Origin: Octopus vulgaris
Lineage: Eukaryota
Direction: 5' to 3'
DNA length: 64,000 nt
NCBI GenBank assembly: GCA_951406725.2
Contig: OX597840.1
Span: forward strand, 14,942,001-15,006,000
The notes below the pieces were generated by a model, which was not told the origin of the DNA, ran no database searches, and worked only from the letters and a program-made list of their open reading frames with translations. Made by a program: the position numbers and the translations under genes. Position 1 is the first letter of the stretch, and every line of letters begins with the position of its first letter. Of this stretch, positions 13,415 through 25,329 are shown one piece after another.

Positions 13415-14076
13415 TACTCTCTTACTTTTTTACTTGTTTCAGTTATTTGACTGTGGTCATGCTGGAGCACTGCCTTTAGTTGAGCAAATCGACTCCAGGA
13501 CTTATTCTTTGTACACCTAATACTTATTCAATCGGTCTTTTTGGCCAAACCACTAAGTTATGCTAAGTTAAAGTGGTGAGCTGGCAAAAGCGTTAGCATG
13601 CTGGGCGAAATTCTTAGCAGTATTTCGTCTGCCGCTACGTTCTGTGTTCAAATTCCACTGAGGTTGACTTAGCCTTTCGTTCTTTCAGGGTCGATTGAAT
13701 AAGTACCAGTTACATATTGGGATCGATGTAATCGACTTAATCCCTTTGTCTGTCCTTTTTTGTCCCCTCTATGTTTGGCCTCTTGTGGGCAATAAAGAAA
13801 TAAGTTACGGGGACGTAAACACATCAGTATCGGTTGTCAAGCAATGTTGGGTGGGGACAAACACAGACAGACAAACATAGACAGACAAACACACACACAC
13901 ACATATATATATATACATACATATGATAGGCTTCTTTCAGTTTCCGTCTACCAAATCCAATCAAAAGGCTTTGGTCGGCCAAAGACTATAGCAAAAGACA
14001 CTTGCCCAAGGTAACATGCAGTGGGACTGAAACCAGAACCATGTGGTTGGTAAGCAAGCTACTTACCACATAGCCA
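13415..14076 (-). mobile_element. SINE family A with a nested plus-strand family B copy (about 13572-13800)
   Basis: Both halves of family A are present; the nested copy is flanked by duplicated taagtta. Confidence 0.85.
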
Positions 14077-14264
14077 ATATTTTTAAACAAAACCTGGAAG
14101 GCTTTGTAAGTTACGGAGATAAAGCTACTATTGGAAAACTCATAGCATAACAATAATAACTGTTGGCGTTGATTTGTGGGTTTGATTCTGGCTGGGGTCA
14201 GCCCATGATTCTTCAGTCATTTGTTTGTATCTTAAAAATTATCACTTTAAATCGGAGAATAAAA

Positions 14265-14482
14265 TATTCTTTTCTACTCTAGTCACAAGGCCCGAAATGT
14301 TGGGGGAGGGGGCCAGTCAATTAGATCGACCCCAGTATGCAACTGGTACTTAATTTATCAACCTCGAAAGATGAAAGCCAAAGTCAAACCTCAATGGAAT
14401 TTGTACTCAGAATGTAAAGACAGACGAAATACTGCTAAGCATTTCACCTGGTGTGCTAACGATTGTGTCAGCTCACCGCCTT
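14265..14482 (-). mobile_element. SINE family B copy
   Basis: Family B match flanked by duplicated aataaaatatt. Confidence 0.8.
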
Positions 14483-14509
14483 CTGGAAAATAAAATATTA
14501 TTATGATAT

Positions 14510-14635
14510 ATACAAATACAGTGTACATTTAAACAAAGAAGACGTATTCATCATAGGACTACCTGCATGCTTGAGAGGACAGTTAGTCCTATGATGGATA
14601 CCTCTTTTGTGTTTAAATGTACACTGTATTTATAT
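14510..14635. repeat. Inverted repeat, about 50-bp arms
   Basis: aaatacagtgtacatttaaaca...catcataggacta versus tagtcctatgatg...tgtttaaatgtacactgtattt. Confidence 0.9.
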
Positions 14636-14741
14636 GAATAATATATAGTCTATTGACTAAATTTTTTACATGCTAGGCCACTGGAAATAGAAATTTCTAA
14701 TATTTCAGATTACCCTTTGATATTATTAATTATATATATCA

Positions 14742-14791
<50 letters not shown>

Positions 14792-14794
<3 letters not shown>

Positions 14795-15191
14795 CGTAGG
14801 AGTGGCTGTGTGGTAAGTAGCTTGCTTACAAACCACATGGTTCCGGGTTCAGTCCCACTGCGAGGCATCTTGGGCAAATGTCTTCTACTATAGCCTCAGG
14901 CCGACCAAAGCCTTGTGAGTGGATTTGGAAGACGGAAACTGAAAGAAGCTCGTCGTATATATGTATATATATATGTGTATGTTTGTGTGTTGTGTTTGTC
15001 ATCCCCCAAACATCACTTGACAACCGATGCTGGTTTGTTTACATCTCCGTAACTTAGCGGTTCAGCAAAAGAGACCAATAGAATAAGTACTAGGCTTACA
15101 AAAAATAAGTCCTGGGGTTGATTTCCTCGACTAAAGGTGGTGCTCCAGCATGGCCACAGTCAAATGACTGAAACGAGTAAATGAGTAAATG

Positions 15192-15195
<4 letters not shown>
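14792..15195 (+). mobile_element. SINE family A, full-length
   Basis: tRNA-like head, internal (TA/TG)n and (gagtaaat) tail. Used as the reference copy for the family. Confidence 0.9.
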
Positions 15196-15226
<31 letters not shown>

Positions 15227-15311
15227 AGAGGGTGTATATTTATTTACATATGTGTGTATGTGTATACATACATATTTGTATGATTTAATTAGAGGTTAAA
15301 TTAGCCTCGTT

Positions 15312-15800
15312 AAGGGATGGTATCGTCCAATGAATTACTGGTTTAATGCCCAATATTTGTTGTGAACAATAATATTCATAAAACAATAGGTTTATATATA
15401 AATCCTGGTTTATAATCATTCAAAAGAAAGTAAGAAAATAGAAATATAACAGTTAATAAAAATTTATTATCTGCATTAATCAAACATGGTTCCTTACAGC
15501 TGTTTCAATTAGGCTTAATAGATTAAAAAGTAATTAATAAAATCATTATATTAGGCAATATCTCTTCAGAGGGTTAGAAAAAAGATATACACTTAAAAAC
15601 CTTATGGTATAACTTTTTTTCTATCCCACTGAAGAGATTTTGCCTAATATAATGATTTTATTAACTACTATTTAATTTATTAGGCCTAAATGAAACAGCT
15701 TTAAGGGACCATGTTTGATTTTTGCAGATAATAAATTTTTATTAAATGTTATATTTCTATTTTCTTACTTTCTTTTGAATGGTTATAAACCATGATTTAC
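15312..15800. mobile_element. Fold-back PLE-terminus-like element with a hammerhead-like core in each arm
   Basis: Arms 15399-15589 and 15607-15800 are reverse complements. Minus arm reads ccct-CTGAAGA-...-GAAA-cagctg-TA-agg. A second copy lies at 48276-48693. Confidence 0.75.
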
Positions 15801-16746
15801 AATTCTCTGTTCAGCTGCCAACTTCATTAAACTGTATTATCTATAAATATATGCGTGTATATAAATGTATGTATCAATAAATGTATGTGCGTGTATGTAT
15901 GCACAAGTGTGCATGCTCTTACACACATGTGTGTATTTGTGTGCTGGTGTATCGACAGCTAACTTTTACAATTCGATACTTGGCAACAGTCATGCTGTGG
16001 TGACCAAACAGATAAGTGTGTGTTTATGTGTGTGTTTATGTGTGTGAGTGTGTGTGAGGGGATGAGGTGAGTGTTGGGAGTCATGTTCTGGTCCCCCGGA
16101 GGTCGAGAGATTCTATCATAGGGAAGCAATAATTTCACAGATGTCCTAAAGCAAGATGTTCAACTCAACATGACATTTCACAGATTTACATATCTGCTTC
16201 ATAGTTACTTCTATGTACCAATGATAGAGATATTACAATGTTGAAGTGTTGACACGTTGATTGCTTGATCTTTGACCCTTTTGGCATAGATCAGTGTTTT
16301 AAGACACTTGAAGCCTACTTTAGATCAGAAGGTCACAAGTTCAAATTGCCAACTTCTGTGTTTGTGTAAATTTTATACTGTAGTCGTGATCTGACTAAAG
16401 TCTTATAAGTAGATTTTGTAAATGGAAACTGAAAGAAGCCCTTCATGTGTGTGTATGTGTGTGTGCATGTGTGTATGTATGTATATATGCATGCATGTAG
16501 GTGTGTGATAGGCTGACCATGCATCAAGTGTACAAACAACAAAAACTATGCAAGCTTAAACGAACTTCTAAATGAAATAAATTTTAAATATCATTAAAAG
16601 TGTTAGGAAATTGAAATTTAGGATTTAAAAAAAGGCCCCCAAAAAATATTTTAATCAAAACTTCATTAAAATTGTGCCATGTCAAATTAAAAAAAGCAGG
16701 AATCAGATTTGCTTCTGAACTTTCATCACAGAAAATCTTGACATTT

Positions 16747-16845
16747 TTATAAAATTGGTTTCATGCCACCTTTGGCATTGTTCCATTCAGACTCCAAGGT
16801 GTCTGGCATAAAAAAATGGTTTTTTCCCCACTGATTCTCCACAGA
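16747..16845 (-). CDS. Candidate terminal exon 5 of an unassigned spliced ORF (SVENQWGKNHFFMPDTLESEWNNAKGGMKPIL*)
   Basis: Strong acceptor tgtatgtttttcttgcag; phase 0 is open for 32 codons to TAA; unique sequence. No homology recognised. Confidence 0.25.
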   Translation of the reverse strand, partial: SVENQWGKNHFFMPDTLESEWNNAKGGMKPIL

Positions 16846-17110
16846 CTGCAAGAAAAACATACAAACACATGAACACATATTCTTTCTTTATTCTTTTATA
16901 CGTTTCAGTCCACATACTGTGGCCATGCTGGAGTACTGCCAGTAGAAGGATTAGCTGCCCAAGTACAGAATTGAACCCCGGTCTCCTGCATTATACTACC
17001 ATTATACTACCAAGGACTGGTTATATATTCATACAAACATACAGATGCACACATATTCCTACAAATGCGTGTACACGTTTATTTATATCTCTGCTCACTC
17101 ACATAGATAT

Positions 17111-17170
<60 letters not shown>

Positions 17171-17367
17171 CCGCGATATGTTGCTGCAGCAGCACCAGTT
17201 GTCGTAAGAGTTGTATTGATTCTTTTCATTCACCATTAGCAATGAAAACAGACTGCGTCCCAACCACATGGTCCTGGGTTCAGTCCTACTATGTATCACC
17301 TTGGGTGAGTGTCTGCTACTACAGTCGCTTGTGAGTAGTTTTTGTAAACTGAAGGAAACCTATCATG

Positions 17368-17417
<50 letters not shown>

Positions 17418-17437
17418 TGTATATATATATATGCATG

Positions 17438-17480
<43 letters not shown>

Positions 17481-17502
17481 TTATATATAGACACATGCAT
17501 GG

Positions 17503-17554
<52 letters not shown>

Positions 17555-19937
17555 ATACACACACAGACATATATATATGTACATATGTATGTATATGTTT
17601 ATATGGCCACAGTCCATCACCTGACACAAAATTAAAATAATAAAATATATACTAAATACCATACAAAGATACATTAGATATCTGCAAGAGAAATTCATAA
17701 TTTGATCAATTATATATATATAAATTAAATTAGAGATAAAACCACTATTAGGCAAATTAAACAGTGAAAAACATAAACCAAAACATAGAAATAAAATTAA
17801 TTAATATAATATACAAAATATATAAAATATAAAATTCAAAATTTAAATTATTTAAATTTAAAGTTGAAAATTTTAAATTATTAATTTATATTTATAAATT
17901 TTTATATATATATATATAAATATTTTTTTTTAATTTATTCATTTATTTATTTATTTTATTTTATTTTTTTTATTTTTTTAATTAAATATATATAACTATC
18001 AAAAAGTATTAAAAAGTTATATATATATATATAATTTGATCAATTATATATATATATATATATATATATAATATGTGACAATTATTCATTAGCCATGATA
18101 AAACTCCAAGTTTCGGATGTCGGGGCATAAACCCATGTCATCTCTTCATTTATCGGGTCATCGAAAAAATGCTATGAAAATGCACACATACATACACACA
18201 CACATACATGTGTATATATATAATTTGACAACCAGTGTTGGTTTGTTTACATCCTCGTAACTCCACAGCTTGGCAAAAGAAACATAGAGTAAGGACATGG
18301 CTTAAGATAAAAAAAGTGCTGGCGTTGGATTTGTTCAACTAATCCTTTAAGACTATGCTCCAGCATGGCCAGAATCCAACACCTGACTTAAGTAAATTCA
18401 AGAAAAAGATATATTAAATACCATAGAAAAATATATTGGACATTTAGATCTTCAGTTATTAGAGTGTGGCCATGCTGGTGCACCACTTTTAGGAATTTTG
18501 GTCAGGCTAATTGACCCTAGGACTTATTTTCATTCATTAAACCTGCTACTTATTCTATCAGTCACTTTTTGTCGATGGGGACATAAACACACCAGCACCA
18601 GTTGCCAAGCGGTAGTGGAGGACAAACAGTCACAAAGCCACACACACACACATATAAGGAAACGAGATAATACAGGAAAAGCAATGGTTATGCTATGAAA
18701 TTCATTAGCTTACAGTTGTTTCTGCTATAAGAGGCTGCAGACATTTAGTTGAGTACCTGAATAAACATCGAATAGTTTCATCAGTCTCACAAAGACTGAG
18801 CAATACACACATATATATGTGTGTGTGTGTGTGCATATATATACTCCCTAATATTATTATCATCATCATTATTATTATTATTATTATCATTATATATAAA
18901 TACACAGGATGATTGAAAAATAATACCCTATTTTAAAATACTTATAAATTATTTATTAGAAAATTGCTATTTTTATATCTCACAATGAGAGATATTCAGC
19001 AACAGTACTTTGGAGTAAAGATTTTTGCCAACATAACATGGCAGTCCTGGTTTAGGACGAATGTTACTGTAATTTAACCCCAGGAGACATCATCTCCAGC
19101 TGGCTATACAACATGATTGTGTCGTATAGCCAGTATACAAGAATCAATACAACTCTTACAACTGGTGCTGCTGCTATAGAAGATGACAGGCTATAGAAGA
19201 TGACACTTGTCCAAGGTACCATATAGTGGGAGTGGACCTGAAACTATGTGGCAGGGATGCAAGCTTCTTCCCACACAGCCATTCTTTAGGAATCCCTCTC
19301 TGACCAACAGACTGGGTGTGTGAGGGAGGGTAGTTGGTACCTATGTCAATGTGGATAGCTCTCTCTTACTCTTTTACTCTTTTACTTGTTTCAGTCATTT
19401 GACTGCGGCCTTGCTGGGGCACCGCCTTTAGTTGAGCAAATCAACCCCAGGACTTATTCTTTGTAAGCCTAGTATTTATTCTATTGGTCTCTTTTGCCGA
19501 ACCACTAAGTTATGAGGACATAAACACACCAGCATCAGTTGTCAAGTAATGTTGGGAGTACAGTTATTCTAAGAGGTTTTACCTAGGGCTAAGCAACAAC
19601 AACAACAACAACAACACTGTTAAGTGCCAAATACAGGTGGAAGAGAAACGCGAAATACAAGAAAAAAATAAAACTACAAAAATTCCTTAAAAGAATAATA
19701 AAAGAATTTGTCCAACTTTGCAATGGAATATTTCTGCTTCTGACAGTTTGGTCTCTATTTATATCTCTCTGCTTGTTCTAATGCATATACATACACACAC
19801 ACATTCAATTATATGTAAATATATGCACACACATACACACACAATATATGTATATATATGTGTGTATGTGTGTATATATGCATATATATATATATATTTA
19901 TAGATATATATTTATATATATTCATATATATATATAT

Positions 19938-19969
<32 letters not shown>

Positions 19970-20009
19970 CACATTCATATATATATATATATATATGTGT
20001 GCGTGTGTG

Positions 20010-20160
20010 TGGAGGTGCAATGGCCCAGTGGTTAGGGCAGTGGACTCGTGGCCAGAGGATCGTTGTTTCGATTCCCAGACTGGGCGTTGTGTGTGTTGAG
20101 CGAAAACACCTAAAGCTCCTTGAGGCTCTGGCAGCAGGTGGTGGCGACCCCTTATTGTAC
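20010..20160 (+). mobile_element. tRNA-derived SINE head (family D-like)
   Basis: tggcccagtggttagggcag...ttcgattccc boxes; similar to 31245-31545. Confidence 0.7.
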
Positions 20161-20345
20161 CCTTTCATGTATGTATGTATATAAATAGATGTGTGTATTT
20201 TTCCTTTGTTTACAATGAACACGGAAAAAATAGATAAACAGTTACCATGGTAGCGAAAAATCACACAAGTAAAAAGGGCGTAATACCTTGTTTTTAAAGG
20301 TAGGAACTCTGGGTTTATGTGAAATATTTTGTATAATATATATAA

Positions 20346-20517
20346 ATAAATAAATGGAGTTAAGCGTAGATGTTATTTAAATTCTTTTACTTCCGACACA
20401 TGTTTCGAAGACGTCATTGGTATTATTCCAAAGGAATAAAATGGTGTAATACAAAGTAATCTTCTCTTCAAGGAAATGAAGAAATAAATCTCGTCAATAA
20501 AACATTTTAATAGAATC
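20346..20517 (-). repeat. Inverted pseudo-LTR of the PLE at 20935-22630, with hammerhead-like motif
   Basis: Reverse complement of about 22462-22630. Minus strand reads ttcc-TTGAAGA-gaaga...tcttc-GAAA-catgtg-TC-ggaa. Confidence 0.8.
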
Positions 20518-20679
20518 CCCCCACCACCATTATAGGTGTCTACTCTTTGAACCCCCCTCTTCAATACGCTATTTCACCATGCATTACCCCTCTCTCGATA
20601 TCCTACGTTCTACTTGCCTATTACCTGTCCTCTGAACCACCCCTCCCACTGGTGCTCCCCTATATTTCTGCACCCCCCC

Positions 20680-20934
20680 ATAAAAAAAAGCACCATCCGA
20701 ACGTGGCCGATGCCAGACCCCTCTGGCACCTGTGCAGGTGGCACGTAAAAAACACCCACTACACTCGCGGAGTGGTTGGCGTTAGGAAGGGCATCCAGCT
20801 GTAGAAACACTGCCAGACTAGACTGGAGCCTGGGGCAGTCCCGAGCTCTCCAGACCCCGGTCGAAACCGTCCAACCCGTGCTAGCGCGGAAAACGGACGT
20901 TAAACGATGATGATGATGATGATGATGATGATGA
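20680..20934 (+). mobile_element. RTE 3' tail inserted between the PLE inverted pLTR and the PLE body
   Basis: Standard tail with (gat)n. Confidence 0.85.
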
Positions 20935-22630
20935 ATATGTATAATGATGACGAGTTCCCTAGCATCAATGGAGGTCTATATCGTAATGATTGTTTACTTT
21001 ACCTTCAAAATGTTTCAGACCAAAAAGTATAACAGGTTAAGAATAGTTGAGTTAAGTTTTTACGTAGAATGGGCTTAGGCATAATTTTTGATGATGTAAT
21101 GAAGGCCAACGTTTTAGATATTACACTTTACTTAAACAATAATTCGTACTCTCATACCACAAACCATTGACCAATCTTAAGTATATTAGCAAATTCAGTC
21201 ATCATTCTAGGGCAATTACTAGGAACTTAGTTAAGAATATTTCATTTAGATTGTCTAAGTTATCTGCTAATGTTGACATTTTCAATGATAAGGCTGAATT
21301 TTATAACTCTGCCTTATGTAAAGCAGGTTATACAGATATAGTTACCTACATTAATTCCATTCAAACTTATTCTACATTTACTAATAGAGACATGAAATCT
21401 AGTATTAAGGATATAAACGATATCAATTTTAATTTATACACTAACACCAAAAAGAGGAAGGGGGATAACCCTTATTTGAACCCCATTTTTCATTCTAAAG
21501 GTAAATCGATGTCTTTTAAAAATAGTTACACTAGAAATAAGGCAACTAATAGTAAAACTGTTTAGTTGATTATTCCTTATGGGACGCAAATTAAATCTAA
21601 TCTTCCTTTGCAGTTTCGGAAAGCTATTATTAGGAATTTTCCAAAGAATTCTACGTGTTACTCTGTTATCAATTTGCACAGGGTTAAGATTGGTTTTTCC
21701 AACACAAAAAATCTTTTACAAATCATCTCCTCACATAATATTAGTCTGTGAAATAAGAATACATTTACTAATACTAACATTAATTTAGCTAATACCATCC
21801 ATCCCCCTAGAAATATTAATAACAAGTCAATTCCAATAGAATTAAGTTTATGCCAAGTAATTCTAAAATTAAAAACTCTATATACCAGTGTAAAATTACT
21901 TCAGGTACTGATGTCTTTTTATATAGGTATTTATTCTCAGTTATCGAAAAGAATTTCTAATCATTACTCTACATTTAGGGATAGGAATAAACATAACAGT
22001 ACAGGGCTTAGTAAATAAATTTGGTATCTAAAAACCATAATAAACAATTTAATTTAGATTGGTTGATTCTCTCCATTTCGTTCCTTTATGATAAAGGCAA
22101 GAAATTCTGTCTTCTCTGTAATTGTGAACCTTTTTTTATTCTTTTTTCTAAAAATCCCCTTGTAAACATGGATATACAGCATGCTTACTGATGTAAACAT
22201 TGGCAGAAACACTTTAATTCATATAAGTGATATCTACCATTACATATAATTTAAACATTGATTTTCTTCTTACAATTCACTTCCACTAGATATATCTTGT
22301 TCCAAGACTTTAGGGTTTTATTTAATTTACATTTCATTCTATATTTCTTATTTATTTAGTTTCATTTTTTTTTCTTTACCCCTCCTCTTTCTATAGGCTA
22401 CCTTTGACGTTATATCCGCTAATGCTTTTTTAAAAAAACTTTATAGCATTCAGTTCATCACATTCTGTTAAAATGTCTTATTGACGAGTTTTATTTATTC
22501 ATTTCCCTGAAGAGAAGATTACATTGTTTTACACCATTTTATTCCTTTGGAATAATACCAATGACATCTTCGAAATCTGTGACAGAAGTAAAAGAATTTG
22601 AATAACACCTGCATTTAACTCCATTTAAAT
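20935..22630 (+). mobile_element. 5'-truncated Penelope-like element (RT C-terminus, GIY-YIG endonuclease, pLTR), decayed
   Basis: GLYRNDCL (YRDD motif), then LDITL, SHH...NISFRLSKLSANVDIF...YNSAL.KAGY, IYQCKITSGTDVF.YIG, KRISNHYSTF...STGLSK*IW and FCLLCNCE. The 3' pLTR contains CTGAAGA...GAAA. Confidence 0.9.
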
Positions 22631-22679
22631 ATATATATATATATATATACATACAATATTAGATATGAGCATATATACA

Positions 22680-22876
22680 CAAGGTTATTACATGAGGACC
22701 TATATCGCTAATGATAGAAGTCAAAAAATACTTCTGTACTACCGAATAGTCACAAATCTATTACAGACTAGACAGGAAAAAATATTTTTTCCTATCTTGT
22801 CTGTAATGGATTTGTGGTACAGAAGTATTTTTTGACTTCTATCATTAGCAATATAGGTACTCGTGTAATAACCTTG
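22680..22876. mobile_element. Fold-back MITE-like palindrome
   Basis: caaggttattacatgag...gaagtcaaaaaatacttctgtac versus gtacagaagtattttttgacttc...ctcgtgtaataaccttg. Inner arms cacaaatctattacagac and gtctgtaatggatttgtg. Confidence 0.85.
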
Positions 22877-23090
22877 GCAGAAACGTTGGCACGCGAAATG
22901 CGTAGCCGTATTTCGCCTGCTGTTACGCACTAAGTTCAAATTCCGCCGAGGTTGACTTTGCCTTTCATCCTTTTGGGGTCGATAAATTAAGTACCAGTTA
23001 CGCACTGGGGTCGATGTAATCGAATTAATCCGTTTGTCTGTCCTTGTTTGTCCCCTCTATGTTTAGTCCCCTGTGGGCAATAAGAAATAA
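22877..23090 (+). mobile_element. SINE family B copy
   Basis: Family B match. Confidence 0.85.
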
Positions 23091-23185
23091 AAATATTGTA
23101 TGTCTATATTTTATTAATTTGCCTGTACGGCTGATAATTTTGCTTACCACTTGTGATGGTATTTTAATAATACCATCCCTATATT

Positions 23186-23231
<46 letters not shown>

Positions 23232-23984
23232 CATGTAACTACATGTGGACTGTTAGCGATTTTATTTTCCTCCTTTTTCTTTTGGACTTTCCTGTGTTTC
23301 CTGTTTCCGAAGAAGAACTTTGCTCAAAGCGTAAAACTCTACCTTTCTTTCTCTGAATGTCTTATTAATACTTTGCATTTACCATGTCCTCACATTGTTG
23401 TTTTTTCTTGACTTTTTTCTCCATTTTTTCTATTAATTATATATACATATATATACACACACACACACATATATTTACATATATGTATATATATATATAC
23501 ACATCTATACGTATATGCATGCACACACATATATAAGAACATACGTCCATATATGCATATATATAAACGCATATATATATTTATATACATACATGCATGC
23601 ATAATTATATCAAAAGTTTTTGTCACGTAGGATAAATCTCATTGGTTATAGTCCCACCTACACATTAAGCTAATACAAATAAACCAGCATCACAGCTTTG
23701 TTAATAGTTATTATAAATGTGCAATGAATCTTATACAAAATGTTTCATGAACATCTGTCTTGTCTCAATATGAGACTGCGATCTACAGACACAGGACCTT
23801 CACCAGCTATGAGAAAAGATCAATCCAACTAGTTTCTTCTTTGGCACACCAAGGAATTTTGTAAGTTTGCCTTAAATGCCTATGCTCATTTTCAGACCTT
23901 TCTTTAGCCTTTGTTTCATAAGTACTGAGTATTATAAAAGTTTCATTCCTTAAACACCAAGTTTTAGGTGTATTGTTTATGACT

Positions 23985-24365
23985 TCAGCAGTATGGTAGA
24001 GTTCTTAGATCTGCAAAGGATCTGTGTCCTTTCAGCTATGTATAGCTTATAACATATGGTGTGGACTTTTCAACTATTTTCCACTTGCCTTGTTTTTAAC
24101 TTGTTATGCCATGTGGGCATTGCCTGATGATTGCATGAAGGCAGTAGATGTGTTTAAAAATGTCTGAGTTGCTTTCATTGCATGAAACTAATAGCAGCTC
24201 ATAAAAATATATATTAGACTTCAAAGCCCATATGTGTCTAGCCAACTCAGTGGCAAGTGGCAATTTTTGAAGTCACCTTCACATAGCCCAGTGTAGCCCT
24301 TTTTTGCAGTTAATAAGCAAGAAACTAATAACAGCCCATAAAAAATATATTGTGCTTATTAAATA
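23985..24365 (-). mobile_element. PLE GIY-YIG fragment interrupted by an inverted pLTR piece (about 24100-24215)
   Basis: Diverged direct homolog of 25778-26095. The inner segment is the reverse complement of 25385-25495. Confidence 0.7.
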
Positions 24366-24934
24366 ATATATATGTGTATATAAAAATATATTCACAAGAA
24401 TCGCAGTATCACAAGAATCTCTATGATATGCATGGTGATTGTGACATGGGGCTGTTTTGAAAAAATTCTGACTCTTACACTAACATTCTCTTTGCATTTT
24501 TTTTCCAATCTCTTTACTTCTCTTTTGTGTTCTGTTATTCTTTTCCTTGCCTGGATTCTCCCTCTCCATTTCTATTCTTCTCTTCTGCCTCTTGGTCCTC
24601 GTAGGTGAAATGAAAAAAGCATTGCAATGGAGGATGGTGAGGGAGATGCACTGGAAGGGCTACTCTGACTCACAGTGCTTGCAATTGTGAGCAGCCAACT
24701 CTGTCCCTATTACGGGGAGCGGGGTTAGGTTTCAGGGGCCAAGAACGCTAGAGGTCGTCTCCCTTACTACAGGCTTGACCTACCCTAATGGTTGAAAAAA
24801 ATTGGGAATGTGTATCATATATGATGCAGGGAACCAGGGAAATATGTTCTGTGTATCACATGTTGATATCCAAGACAGGTGTGTGTGTGTGTGGGTGTGC
24901 ATGCACACACATGTGCATATGTGTATACATATCA

Positions 24935-25230
24935 TCATCATCATTTAATATCTGTTGTCAATGCTGGCATGGGTTGGACGGTTTGACCAGGGATGGTCAG
25001 CTAGAAGGCTGCACCAGACTCCAGTCTGATTTGGCATGGATGCCCTTCCTAACATCTACCACTACGAGAGTGTAATGGTTGCTTTTACATGCCACTGGCA
25101 TGTGTGCCAATTTGCGTAAAACCAGTATCTGCCATGACTGCAATTTTGCTCAGCTTGATGGGTCTTCTTCTCAAGTACAATATAATGCAAAGGTCTTGGT
25201 CATTGCCTCTGTGAGGCCCAACACTCGGAG
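24935..25230 (-). mobile_element. RTE 3' end fragment
   Basis: Reverse complement of the RTE ORF end (ggcctcacagaggcaatgacc) plus tail. Confidence 0.75.
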
Positions 25231-25329
25231 GGAAGACATACATACATATATACACACGCATGCACACATACACACACACACACATACACACACATATATA
25301 TAGTGTACTGTTCCATGATGGTAAGATCA

